From the NCBI GenBank assembly GCA_947259355.1, contig CAMYMF010000010.1:170-64169 (forward strand): DNA of 64,000 nucleotides, written 5' to 3'. The DNA comes from an uncultured Nitrospirota bacterium (GTDB lineage: Bacteria > CG2-30-53-67). The notes beneath the pieces are model-generated. The model saw only the letters and a list, made by a program, of their open reading frames with translations. It searched no databases and was not told the DNA's origin. Both the position numbers and the translations under genes were made by a program. Numbering within the stretch: the first letter of the stretch is position 1; each line of letters opens with the position of its first letter. Of the stretch, positions 31,210 to 40,289 are shown one piece after another.

Positions 31210-31225
31210 TTTAATATTGAACTAT
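31210..31225. promoter_or_regulatory. candidate MarR operator, copy 2 (TTTAATATTGAACTAT)
   Basis: Lies in the AT-rich region about 50 nt upstream of marR. Same orientation as copy 1. Confidence 0.45.
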
Positions 31226-31446
31226 TTGTCAAGCAAAAAATAATTAGCGCAGCAAAACAGAATTGAATCAATGAGTTGCGCCCCTGCTCGAAGGGCTCGA
31301 GACCATGGATTGGATATCTTTCACGACCGGTGTTGGTTCGCCACCCCGATCAAGAACAACACAGAGTCCCCCCCCATGACAAGACGATTCCCGGCATGCG
31401 GGATTTCGATGAAAAGAGGCTACGGCAGGGAGCCCCGGGAACAGGC

Positions 31447-31785
31447 TCAGTCCTCAAAACCGGCGTAAGCATGTCGCAAGTCGATCACCGCCATGACACC
31501 GACGCACTCGCCCTGACTGTTTCGCAATGGCGTGGCGATGGAGGGTATCCCTTTATAGGATCCGGTGTCCGGCGTCTCTCGTACCACCTCATTGGTCTCC
31601 AGAACTTTTTCCATCACGGGGCCGGAATAGTTCCTATCAATGACGCGGTTGCCTTCGATGCGCAGGCCCCTTTTGTTCTTGCTTCTTACAGCAACAGGGA
31701 ACTGATCTACGAGATTGTGGAAGGCCATGGCCATCGGCTCCAATTCATCGCCTGTCATGTCTGGGTGAAAGAGATCTGGCATCAT
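31447..31785 (-). CDS. hypothetical protein (112 aa)
   Basis: ORF with plausible coding texture (..GIPSIATPLRNSQGECVGVMAVIDL..). Family not recognised. Confidence 0.5.
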   Translation of the reverse strand: MMPDLFHPDMTGDELEPMAMAFHNLVDQFPVAVRSKNKRGLRIEGNRVIDRNYSGPVMEKVLETNEVVRETPDTGSYKGIPSIATPLRNSQGECVGVMAVIDLRHAYAGFED

Positions 31786-32366
31786 CTTCTCCTTTTCTGG
31801 ACTGCATGCCCCCCTGAAAAAACAAGGGGCTTGAACATGTTAGGGATGCTGCACTGACGGAGAGAAGTGTAGCACCAGATTTGAAAGTCGGCAATTCGGT
31901 CACTCGAAAAATGTGAAAAATTATCGAGGGATACGCTTCGGAGATTAAAGATGGCGTCCCCGGAGAGACTCAGCGGAGACCCATTTCTGGATCGTCCGAG
32001 GATCGCATCAACCACATTTTCTAGAACTATTTATCTGTATTTATATCAAAATTACTCGCTTTCAGATTTTTGAAGCGATATTATCTCTTAAAAGAGTTCA
32101 TTTTTGCGCAATAACGGTGATCCTACATCGGAATAGCGTTGTCTATCCTTGCCGCCGACACACGCCCACTGCGCGCAGCATCTTTCTGTACTGGCGGATC
32201 ATGCCTTTCAGTAATTTATTCACTCAGCAAGAGAGCTCGGCTCGTTTTTCCATGATTCCTTATTTCTTAGACGCTTAGCCAATCCAGAGATGTGGAGGTT
32301 GAATTCGATCAGTCCTGGAGAATGAGCCAAGGCTCCCTTTTTGTCGCGCGGAGGCGATACCTTCTC

Positions 32367-32396
32367 TTGACAGCACGTTCGCTCATAAGGTATCTT
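32367..32396 (+). promoter_or_regulatory. sigma-70-like promoter (TTGACA-N18-TATCTT)
   Basis: TTGACA at 32367-32372 and TATCTT at 32391-32396. Confidence 0.4.
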
Positions 32397-32428
32397 GTCT
32401 GCGTTTGAGAAGGCTACTGGTGGTCTTC

Positions 32429-32473
32429 GGTCGGAAGGTGGGACCTGAGTGCAGGCCCACCGACCTTATTTTT
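32429..32473 (+). terminator. intrinsic-terminator-like hairpin in the leader of the 32519 gene
   Basis: GGTCG..GTGGG.CCTG-AGTG-CAGGCCCACCGACC followed by TTATTTTT. It lies about 30 nt after the predicted TSS and 46 nt before the ATG. Confidence 0.5.
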
Positions 32474-32518
32474 CATGGGCCCGCCGGCTGGTGAGGTTCG
32501 TTTCAGGGAGGTAGTGCC

Positions 32519-33979
32519 ATGAGAGCGAGAGTAATTGCTGCCACCGTCTTGGCGTCAGGTCTGTTCTTTGGCGGACCTGCACCGGGCATCGCGCAAAGTC
32601 AGGTTACACCGGCATCCTTGCAGGGTGCTGATGCATTGCCCAACGCCCAACCGGGTGAGTGCTACTCTAAAGTGATGCTCCCGGCGGAATATAAGACGGA
32701 AACCGAACAGGTGGTGATACAGGACGCCTATGAAAAAATCGAAATCGTAGCGGCCGAATACCAGACCGTCACGGAGAAGGTCGTTGTCAAGGAGCCAGCG
32801 GCGGAACTCGTCCCCGTGGAGCCTGTGTTTGAAACAGTGAAGGAACGGGTGGAAACCCAACTGGCCCGTCGCATCTGGCGCGTCGGCAAGAGTGCCAAAT
32901 CTAAAGCGGCTGATCCCAGCCTGGTTTCCGGCGCGCAGGCCCTGGGGCTGCCCGTGTCTGCCAAGGTGGGGCAGTGCTACGCCGAGTACTTTCAGGCAGC
33001 ACAATATAAGACCGAGACGGAGAATGTGATCGTGCGCGAGGCCTATCAGGGGGTCGAGGCCGTTCCGCCCAAGTATGAGATGGTTGACGAAAAAGTGATT
33101 ATCAGTGACGCTTCATTCAAGTTGGTGGAGGTGCCACCCGTTTACGAAACGGTTACAGAGAAAGTCCTGGAGGCGCCGGCATACACCACATGGAAAACGG
33201 GACGCGGCCCCGTGGAACGGATCGATCACAGCACCGGCGAAATTATGTGCCTGGTGGAAGTTCCGGCCAAATACAAAACGGTGGAAAAGCGCGTCCTGAA
33301 GTCTCCCGCAAAGACTCAGAAGATCGAAATCCCCGCCAAGTACAAGATGCAGAAGGTGCGCAAGCTGGTGGCGCCGGCGGAGTTCCGCAACGTCGATGTG
33401 CCTGCAGAGCACAAAACCGTCACCAAGAGGACTCTGGTCTCCGAAGCCAAGACCGTCTGGCAGCCAATCGGGCAGGAGGGTCCGGGAAAATACACCGGCC
33501 GGCGGCTCTGTCTGCACGAAATACCGGCAAAGCATGAGATCATCACCAAGCAGGTTCTCAAAGCGCCGGCCACAACCCGGAAGGTTGAAATCCCTGCAGA
33601 GCATAAGACACAACAGGTGCGCAAACTCGTCTCCCCGGCCCAGGAGAAGCGCGTCCAGGTGCCTGCGAAAGTGGCCACATTCACCCGGCGCGTCAAGGTG
33701 GCCGATGCCCGGCTCGAATGGCGCCAAGTCCTGTGTGAAACCAACATGAGCAAGGAACTCAATACCCAGATTCAGCGTGCCCTCGCCAGCCGCGGTTTCA
33801 ATCCCGGCGAGATAGATGGTGTGATCGGCCGACAGACCATGGTCGCCGTCGGTGAGTTTCAGAAGAAAGAGGGGCTACCCCAGGGTGGGTTAACCATGCG
33901 CACCTTGGCTGAGCTGGGTATCAATGTTGCGTCAGCACGTTCCACATCGAGCATCAAAGCGAAGCAGCAACAGCGCTAG
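32519..33979 (+). CDS. secreted repeat protein with C-terminal peptidoglycan-binding (PG_binding_1-like) domain
   Basis: Signal peptide, internal repeats built on (I/V)PA(K/E)(Y/H)K-T..K.VL..PA, and a C-terminal ..LASRGFNPGEIDGVIGRQTMVAVGEFQKKEGLPQGG... Confidence 0.8.
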   Translation: MRARVIAATVLASGLFFGGPAPGIAQSQVTPASLQGADALPNAQPGECYSKVMLPAEYKTETEQVVIQDAYEKIEIVAAEYQTVTEKVVVKEPAAELVPVEPVFETVKERVETQLARRIWRVGKSAKSKAADPSLVSGAQALGLPVSAKVGQCYAEYFQAAQYKTETENVIVREAYQGVEAVPPKYEMVDEKVIISDASFKLVEVPPVYETVTEKVLEAPAYTTWKTGRGPVERIDHSTGEIMCLVEVPAKYKTVEKRVLKSPAKTQKIEIPAKYKMQKVRKLVAPAEFRNVDVPAEHKTVTKRTLVSEAKTVWQPIGQEGPGKYTGRRLCLHEIPAKHEIITKQVLKAPATTRKVEIPAEHKTQQVRKLVSPAQEKRVQVPAKVATFTRRVKVADARLEWRQVLCETNMSKELNTQIQRALASRGFNPGEIDGVIGRQTMVAVGEFQKKEGLPQGGLTMRTLAELGINVASARSTSSIKAKQQQR

Positions 33980-34189
33980 CTCTTCGCAGCGCAGCAGCCG
34001 GAACTTGAGCCTCCGGCAACATGGAAAAATCAGTTGCAACATCCCAGGGGACCGGCTTCCCAAGAGCTTGTCCCCTGGTTCTTTTTCGGCCCCACGGAAA
34101 GCATCCGCCACCTCATTCTCTCGTTGCGCACTCTCGCAACCACCGGGGGTCACGGGCAGGAACGATCCTGCCCGTGACTGCTCCGCCGC

Positions 34190-35677
34190 CTAGTCACGAT
34201 GCCGCACGAGGGTGAGTCTGTCCTGAATGCCGAAGGGATCCTTGATTTCCACCTCCCGTTGGAACGTCAGTTTCTTCTTGCCTCGGTCATCGAGGTATTT
34301 GTCCAGCTCCAGATTAACCATGAGGGGCACCGGCTCACCGGCTTGAGTCAGGGCTTGCCGCAACAACCCTTCGGCCTTCGTGGCAAAGGCAATGGCGTCG
34401 CCCAGAATGCGCATGACTTCTGTCGGATTGTGAAAACCGACCGAGTTTTCAGCACCGACGTAGAGGGAGCGGTAGAAAGCCTCTTCATAGTAATCCTTGG
34501 CTTGACCATAAAGTTCTTCGTTCAAGAGCTTTCCTGATCCCTGGGCGGCATGGACTTTCTCAATCAGTTTGGCCGCCGTGGCCGTGGCGTATCCTGCCCG
34601 CAGCATGAGCGAAACCGTCCGGTCTTGAATGGTGGTGACCTGCCCCTTCAGCCATTCGGCGCTCTCCGTATGACACTGCATGCATGCCTTCATGTCATTC
34701 TTCAGTGGGCTCGTCACCCGATGATCGGACACCTTGTGAACACCGACCTTGGTATACGGCATGTGACAGTCTGCGCAGGACGCGCCCGCCTTCCAGTGGA
34801 CGCTCTCCTTGGAGAACAATTCGTACTCGGGATGCCTCATGAAGGCCAGTTTGTACCCGGTGACCTTTTGTTTCCACTCCGCCACGGAGGGGTCGTTTCG
34901 GATCTGCCGAATGATGTTCTCAACGGAGATGTTCTCCCATTGGCTTCCGTGCCACGGAAAGTAAATGCCAACAGATTTCATCTCCTTGCTCTTTTTGATG
35001 TTGTACGTCACATGGCACTGGGCGCAAACGATGCTGCGCATCTCCTGGTTGGAGAGCGTCTCGGGATCTTTGCCCATGGTCTCGAGTGCCTTCACCAGCG
35101 TGAAGCCTCTGGAGATCTTCAAGGACATGTCCTCGTGGTGATGACAGTCCACGCACGCCACCCCCAGTTCCTGATGCTCTTTGGGGATGGCCGCATGCAC
35201 TTCTTTCCAGGGCTTGCTGTAGTAGTCGATCCCCATCTCCTTCTCGAATTTCGGCGCGTAGGGCGTTTTGCACGTCAGACAGACACCGCCGGCCCCGACT
35301 CTGGAGGGGTCGATCTCCAGTTGATCGATGAGCATGTAGGCATGCCCCCTCGGTTCGTTATACTCGACGCCAAAGCCCCATCCGCTGAAGAGCAGCGCCA
35401 TGAAGGGGAACTCCGACAACTTGTCATAGGTGATCCTGTCGGCATCGAAGCCTCGTTTGTATTTGCTTTTTCCTGCAGGCGTGGGCTCCTTGGTCCTCTC
35501 CCACAATTCGTACTCCACAGGATAGGCCTTGCCCCAGGCCGCCGGATCCATTTCGCCCGCAGCGATTTTCACCGGCCGGACCTGCTCACTCTTGGGCGGC
35601 TGGCAGCCAGAAAGCCCAAGGGCTGCCAGGCCCATCACCGTGCACCATACCCAAGTGCATCGACCTGTCCATTTCAT
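34190..35677 (-). CDS. nrfA: ammonia-forming cytochrome c nitrite reductase, pentahaem subunit
   Basis: CLTCK (CxxCK haem 1) plus four CxxCH motifs (CVDCH, CAQCH, CADCH, CMQCH). Lipoprotein-type signal LSGC. GGAGG SD before the ATG at 35677. Confidence 0.93.
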   Translation of the reverse strand: MKWTGRCTWVWCTVMGLAALGLSGCQPPKSEQVRPVKIAAGEMDPAAWGKAYPVEYELWERTKEPTPAGKSKYKRGFDADRITYDKLSEFPFMALLFSGWGFGVEYNEPRGHAYMLIDQLEIDPSRVGAGGVCLTCKTPYAPKFEKEMGIDYYSKPWKEVHAAIPKEHQELGVACVDCHHHEDMSLKISRGFTLVKALETMGKDPETLSNQEMRSIVCAQCHVTYNIKKSKEMKSVGIYFPWHGSQWENISVENIIRQIRNDPSVAEWKQKVTGYKLAFMRHPEYELFSKESVHWKAGASCADCHMPYTKVGVHKVSDHRVTSPLKNDMKACMQCHTESAEWLKGQVTTIQDRTVSLMLRAGYATATAAKLIEKVHAAQGSGKLLNEELYGQAKDYYEEAFYRSLYVGAENSVGFHNPTEVMRILGDAIAFATKAEGLLRQALTQAGEPVPLMVNLELDKYLDDRGKKKLTFQREVEIKDPFGIQDRLTLVRHRD

Positions 35678-35693
35678 CGCAGACCTCCTCTCA

Positions 35694-36155
35694 TCACAGG
35701 GTTTCGATGGCACCACTGCGCTGATGGGATACCCGTCTGTGACAGCTCCAGCATTTCCTTTCGGTGTCCATCAGCGACACGGTGGTGGCGTGGCATCGGA
35801 CACAGTTTCTCTGCAGGACCTTTTCCCCGTGAGCAGTCAATTCAATCCGCTCGGGAACCATGCCGGAGTAAAAGAAGAACACATCCTTCAACCCGTCAAT
35901 TGCCTTCCACACATAGTGGGCGCTCACCGTCTCGTTGGGGAGATGGCAGTCGACACACTGTTTCCGCCGGTGCGCTCCGGTATGGCTCCAGGCTTCGTAC
36001 TCGGCCTCCATAACATGGCAGCTGACACAAAAGTCCGCCTGATCCGATTTCGCGAGCAGCTTGGGTGGACCGAGTAGGAAGAACAGGGAAACAACCAGCA
36101 GAGCGACCGTGATACCAAGGTAAAGACCTGCCTTTTTCCGTCCCGACTTGCCCAT
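35694..36155 (-). CDS. nrfH: NrfH, NapC/NirT-family tetrahaem membrane cytochrome
   Basis: N-terminal TM helix and four CxxCH motifs (CVSCH, CVDCH, CVRCH, CWSCH), immediately upstream of nrfA. Start could also be 36197. Confidence 0.9.
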   Translation of the reverse strand: MGKSGRKKAGLYLGITVALLVVSLFFLLGPPKLLAKSDQADFCVSCHVMEAEYEAWSHTGAHRRKQCVDCHLPNETVSAHYVWKAIDGLKDVFFFYSGMVPERIELTAHGEKVLQRNCVRCHATTVSLMDTERKCWSCHRRVSHQRSGAIETL

Positions 36156-36246
36156 TTTCTCACCCCCTTCCTCCCCCGAATCTGTGAGGCCTTCCATCGC
36201 CACCGTTTTCCCGAGGCCTGTCGGCAACAGCCTCCTTCTGCCGTCG

Positions 36247-36492
36247 AACAAAAATGCCGGACGCCGAAGTTTCATCCTTCGGCAGCCCGGCCATCTTTCC
36301 CCCACCAAGACCCGTGACTTTCCGCCCCCCCCTCACGAAGGGTTGAGCTTTCTCGGGAAGCCCCTTGTCCTTAATGGTTTTCCTTTGTTGAGTATAGCGG
36401 CAGCGGCCCCTCCCTCAGCTTCTATGATTCACCAGGTTGAGCATCTGTCAAGTCGGTGAGAAAAGAATTTGCTGTCCGTCGAAACGCATGAA
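36247..36492 (-). promoter_or_regulatory. structured 5' leader with intrinsic terminator (copy B of the paralogous leader pair)
   Basis: Aligns with 17717-17961; the 48-nt core is at 36275-36322. On the RNA strand, the hairpin GCCGGGCUGCCGAAGGAUGAAACUUCGGCGUCCGGC is followed by AUUUUUGUU, 92 nt before the nrfH ATG. Confidence 0.55.
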
Positions 36493-36835
36493 CACTTTTG
36501 TTACAAAACCACGACAGTCTAGCTGAAGAAACACATCACACACCTTGCGAGCCGCTTGGCAGCAATTGGGTATAGACCGTTTCTCTTGGTGCGGCCATTG
36601 CAGGCGGGATGATCGTGGCGTGCACCCGATTGGGCCCGCTGGTGGAATCTCCCCATAGCATTGCTCCAGGTGACGTGCCGAGCGCGGGAAAAAGGGATTG
36701 CTCCCTGTCGTATCTTGTAGGAAAATAATCAAGAGAGGTAAGGATTCAAAGTATTCTGAGACCGAAGCGGCCCTTGGAAGAAAGGGCTGCAGAGAGTGGA
36801 CGAAAAGCACCACGATGGCAGGAGGGAATCCAATC

Positions 36836-37339
36836 ATGTTCAAGAGACCGTCCCAAATAGCTGACGCGTTCGCATTTCTTTCACAGTCCTGGGGCGGCCG
36901 AATAGCCCTGGCCGCCGTGGGGTGTCTCCTCGCCTGGACAGCGGTCGAGGCCGTCGCCCTTTCCGGCGAAAGCGTCTACGATGACTACCTGGCTTACAAC
37001 AAACCGCTTGCCTTGGAGGCAACCGAAGCCGGTCAGCGTTTTCGGGTGCAGATTGCAAGCTCGAACCGAAAATCCAAACGAAGGCTGGTGTATCAGATTA
37101 TCGATCCCGCCGGTACAAGACTGCTGGACACCCATGACGGCTTCAGTCGGACTACGCGGGCGTTTTACTTCACGGCCCAACAGGCCGGCACGCACTATCT
37201 CCTCATTGACGAATACTACAGTCCGGGCGGCCAACAAGCCGCGCCAGCTTCCAAATACCTGAACAGCAAGTCCGTCCATGTTTATCGGGACGATGACACA
37301 CGGATGCTCGGTATCCTTGCCCATTTCATCGTTTGGTAG
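36836..37339 (+). CDS. hypothetical membrane-anchored protein
   Basis: AGGAGGG SD 9 nt before the ATG at 36836. One N-terminal hydrophobic segment. No recognised domain. Confidence 0.55.
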   Translation: MFKRPSQIADAFAFLSQSWGGRIALAAVGCLLAWTAVEAVALSGESVYDDYLAYNKPLALEATEAGQRFRVQIASSNRKSKRRLVYQIIDPAGTRLLDTHDGFSRTTRAFYFTAQQAGTHYLLIDEYYSPGGQQAAPASKYLNSKSVHVYRDDDTRMLGILAHFIVW

Positions 37340-37623
37340 TCCCATCGGCGCGACACAGCCCAAAACATCGCCCCCCGGGCCGCATTCTCCGCTGACACGC
37401 GAAGTCTGTTTGCCCATCTACAAGATCCCCTTATCCATACACCATGAGGGGCAAATCTAAGGGACGAACGGCCCCCGGGCTGAATCACCAGGTTTCCCGC
37501 GATTGTCTGCGCCCCATTTCCTTCGCCGATTACCGAAAACCTCTGAGCAATCTTTTTTGGAACCTTTTGCGGCCTCTGGTGTCTCATAGACCAGAAACCT
37601 ATTTGAACGAAAGGAGAAAGGCC

Positions 37624-38427
37624 ATGTTGAAAGGAACAATTGCCGTACTCATCGCTTGTCTGCTTCTGGGAGCCACCACGCCGTCCACGTCTGCCCGGGA
37701 GGAGATGGGTGTAGACATCGAGATCCTATCGGACCGTGGGAATCAGTTCTATACGATCCCCTACAAGCAATACGTGGCGGGAAAAACGGAGGTCATCAAA
37801 CGGTATCTTGAAGCCCGACGGGGGAAGAATTACAGGGTAGCCATCACCAACAACACACCCCATCGAATCGGTGTGGTCATTGCGGTAGACGGGCGGAATA
37901 TCATATCAGGCAAGCGGTCTGATCTGAGGCATCATGAATCGATGTACATTCTCAGCCCCCATGAGCGCGCGACCTATGGCGGATGGCGGACGGACAAGAA
38001 TACGGTGCACCGGTTCTATTTTACGAATCCGGCCGATGCCTATGCCGTCCGAACATTCGGCGACACCTCGGCCATGGGGGTGATCGCGGTGACCGTCTTT
38101 GAGGAGAAACCGAAGCCTCGACGATGGCGCAAACAAGAGCGGGGCCCAGGGAAACCTTCTGCAGAAGCCGCGCCGGAGGCGCTGGGTGAAGACCGTGCGG
38201 GCACCGGTTTTGGGGAGGGTGAACACTCGCCGTCCGTGGCGGTGTCCTTCAGGCCGAAGCGAACACCCTTCAAGAAGATCCTCCTCAAATACGAATGGCG
38301 AAACCGTCTCTGTGAAATGGGACTTATGCGCTGCAAGGAGGATGGCAACCGCCTCTGGGACGAAGAGGACCGCTTTGCGCCCCCTCCGCCCGATCAGCAC
38401 GGACGGGTGTATCCGGAATATGACTAA
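37624..38427 (+). CDS. hypothetical secreted protein
   Basis: AAAGGAGAAAGG SD, signal peptide MLKGTIAVLIACLLLGATTPSTSA, and a Pro/Arg/Lys-rich linker. No recognised domain. Confidence 0.6.
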   Translation: MLKGTIAVLIACLLLGATTPSTSAREEMGVDIEILSDRGNQFYTIPYKQYVAGKTEVIKRYLEARRGKNYRVAITNNTPHRIGVVIAVDGRNIISGKRSDLRHHESMYILSPHERATYGGWRTDKNTVHRFYFTNPADAYAVRTFGDTSAMGVIAVTVFEEKPKPRRWRKQERGPGKPSAEAAPEALGEDRAGTGFGEGEHSPSVAVSFRPKRTPFKKILLKYEWRNRLCEMGLMRCKEDGNRLWDEEDRFAPPPPDQHGRVYPEYD

Positions 38428-38500
38428 CACCGCTGGGGGCGCTCGTGCCGGATTGGGTTTCGTCGATTTTGAGCCCATGGCGTATAATCGCGCGCGCCCC

Positions 38501-39859
38501 TCAGAGACTGCCTCCCGATGCCTGGCCTATCGCGCGCCCGGTGCTGTAAATCTGGAACACATCGACGCCATCTCCGGTCACGATGTTCCCCATGACAACA
38601 CCGCCATTAGGATCGTAGGTACCCTGGCCACCGGAGGCGGCTCTCTCCATCGGCTTGAGGGAGTCCTTGAGCACCAGGCGGCCTTGGCCGTCTCTGAGCA
38701 ACCAAGCGCCTCCCAAATCTCGGAATTCAAAGAGATAGACACCGGCCGCACCGGCCGATCCGGAAGGCGTGGCCAGGAGATAGGCTGAACCGTTCGTGTT
38801 CACCAACGCGGTGGCGGTTAGAACCACAGCATTCAAGTGCATGGCGTCTGCCGAATCGGTCAGCACACCCGCGTAGGCCCAGCTCTCCCCGTGATCGAAA
38901 GAAGAGAACAGAACCGTCCTGTAGTTGTTCCAATCACCCATGCCGCTGATCGTCGTGCCGGCATCCAAACTCAGATAGATCACCCCGTTCTGCACCAGCG
39001 CCCCCGGCTCGGAGAACAAGACGCAATCGTTCAACGCGGGGTCCAACTGATTCAGAAGATGGACGACGGGATATTCTGTGCGTCCGGTGGCCGGGTCTCT
39101 GGGATAGGGATCCGCCCCGAAGAGGCGTATCTCTTCGCCCTGCGCAAGGTTATTCGGCGCGTCGGCATATTTGTACGCGATCCAACCGTAGTCAAACAGG
39201 CGGTCGTCGGCAGAGGTCCCCGGATCTCTTGCAAAATATTTGTGCCAGAACAACTTCCATCTCCGGTGAGGGTTCGGGTCGGTGGGGTCATGGATCAAGG
39301 TCGGCACTTCATTGCGCCACACCCCCGACACCGGGCGACCCTCGACCATTACCATGCCGTTGCGGGATTCGTTGATGGTTGACACGAACTGCCATGTGTG
39401 ACCGCTGTCTGAAGTTTTCGCCAGATTCGTATAGTGATACGATCCGAAAACCACCGCCGTGTAGACCATCCAACCCTCACCGGCATCATCATATGCAATG
39501 GCCGGATCGTACACACCATTGACAGTGGTTTCGCCCACAATGTGAATTCGCCTGTAGCCCGCGGTATCGTCTAGATCCAAGCACGGTAACGTGCGACCGC
39601 CGGCCTTGGCATCCCATATATCGCCGATTAAGTCACACAACCACTGAAGAGAGGGGCCGAGGCCTTCCCCATGGCACTCATAAGCGTTGCAGTAGGCATC
39701 ACAGACATTGAACAGCGGAAATCCGAGCCCGGCTTCTTTGCAGACATCTTGAGAGAAGGCAGGCCGGGGTACCAAGAACAACAGCAGGCACGCGAGGAGC
39801 CGTAGTGCGGTAATGGGGGACCATCGGCCCGTTCCGCCTTCTTGCATAGGTCTGTCCAT
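38501..39859 (-). CDS. secreted BNR/Asp-box repeat (sialidase-fold-like) protein
   Basis: Signal peptide and Asp-box motifs TSDSGHTW and SFDHGESW. Start uncertain (39922, 39859 or 39847). Confidence 0.65.
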   Translation of the reverse strand: MDRPMQEGGTGRWSPITALRLLACLLLFLVPRPAFSQDVCKEAGLGFPLFNVCDAYCNAYECHGEGLGPSLQWLCDLIGDIWDAKAGGRTLPCLDLDDTAGYRRIHIVGETTVNGVYDPAIAYDDAGEGWMVYTAVVFGSYHYTNLAKTSDSGHTWQFVSTINESRNGMVMVEGRPVSGVWRNEVPTLIHDPTDPNPHRRWKLFWHKYFARDPGTSADDRLFDYGWIAYKYADAPNNLAQGEEIRLFGADPYPRDPATGRTEYPVVHLLNQLDPALNDCVLFSEPGALVQNGVIYLSLDAGTTISGMGDWNNYRTVLFSSFDHGESWAYAGVLTDSADAMHLNAVVLTATALVNTNGSAYLLATPSGSAGAAGVYLFEFRDLGGAWLLRDGQGRLVLKDSLKPMERAASGGQGTYDPNGGVVMGNIVTGDGVDVFQIYSTGRAIGQASGGSL

Positions 39860-39998
39860 ATTTTCCACGCAATCCCCCTTCCGGGCACTCCACCCACCGA
39901 GCGGTCCGGACCGCGCCAGCATGTCTCGGGCTCACCGGCGTGCAACTTGGCCAACTCCCCAAGTGCAACCATTATTTGACGGATTATTTTGACGTTCT

Positions 39999-40036
39999 CG
40001 TGTAGGACAATTGAATGCTTCCAATTGTCCTACACG
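39999..40036. repeat. perfect 15-bp inverted repeat with 8-nt spacer (operator-like)
   Basis: CGTGTAGGACAATTG (39999-40013) pairs with CAATTGTCCTACACG (40022-40036), in a divergent intergenic region. Confidence 0.6.
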
Positions 40037-40289
40037 TATCGGATCTATCGGATATCTTCGTATTTGTCAAGTATCGGTGAGGAAGCGGAAGCCTTTTTTC
40101 TGAAACAGCGCCAACTGGACACAGGCAGGCCCTACATAGGGATCACCATCCAGGACCAGCGTCCGATTTTGAGAGGGGTCTTGACATACGCCTGTGCTGA
40201 AAATATGATTGGATAGCCGACGTCGTTGCTCAGGCAAGACAGAGGAGCTAAGGCGATGGGTGATCTCAAACACGATGATTGAGGCCGTC

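Noticed and set aside
32387-32398. The 12-mer AAGGTATCTTGT is shared between 32387-32398 and 45998-46009 and could be a common promoter element.
   Set aside because: A rough estimate gives on the order of a hundred chance 12-mer matches within a 64-kb window, and the flanks do not align.
36156-36300. A leader peptide (MAGLPKDETSAS...) starting inside the conserved core of the nrfHA leader, as in peptide-mediated attenuation.
   Set aside because: The ATG is ACG in copy A, so the ORF is not conserved between the two leaders.
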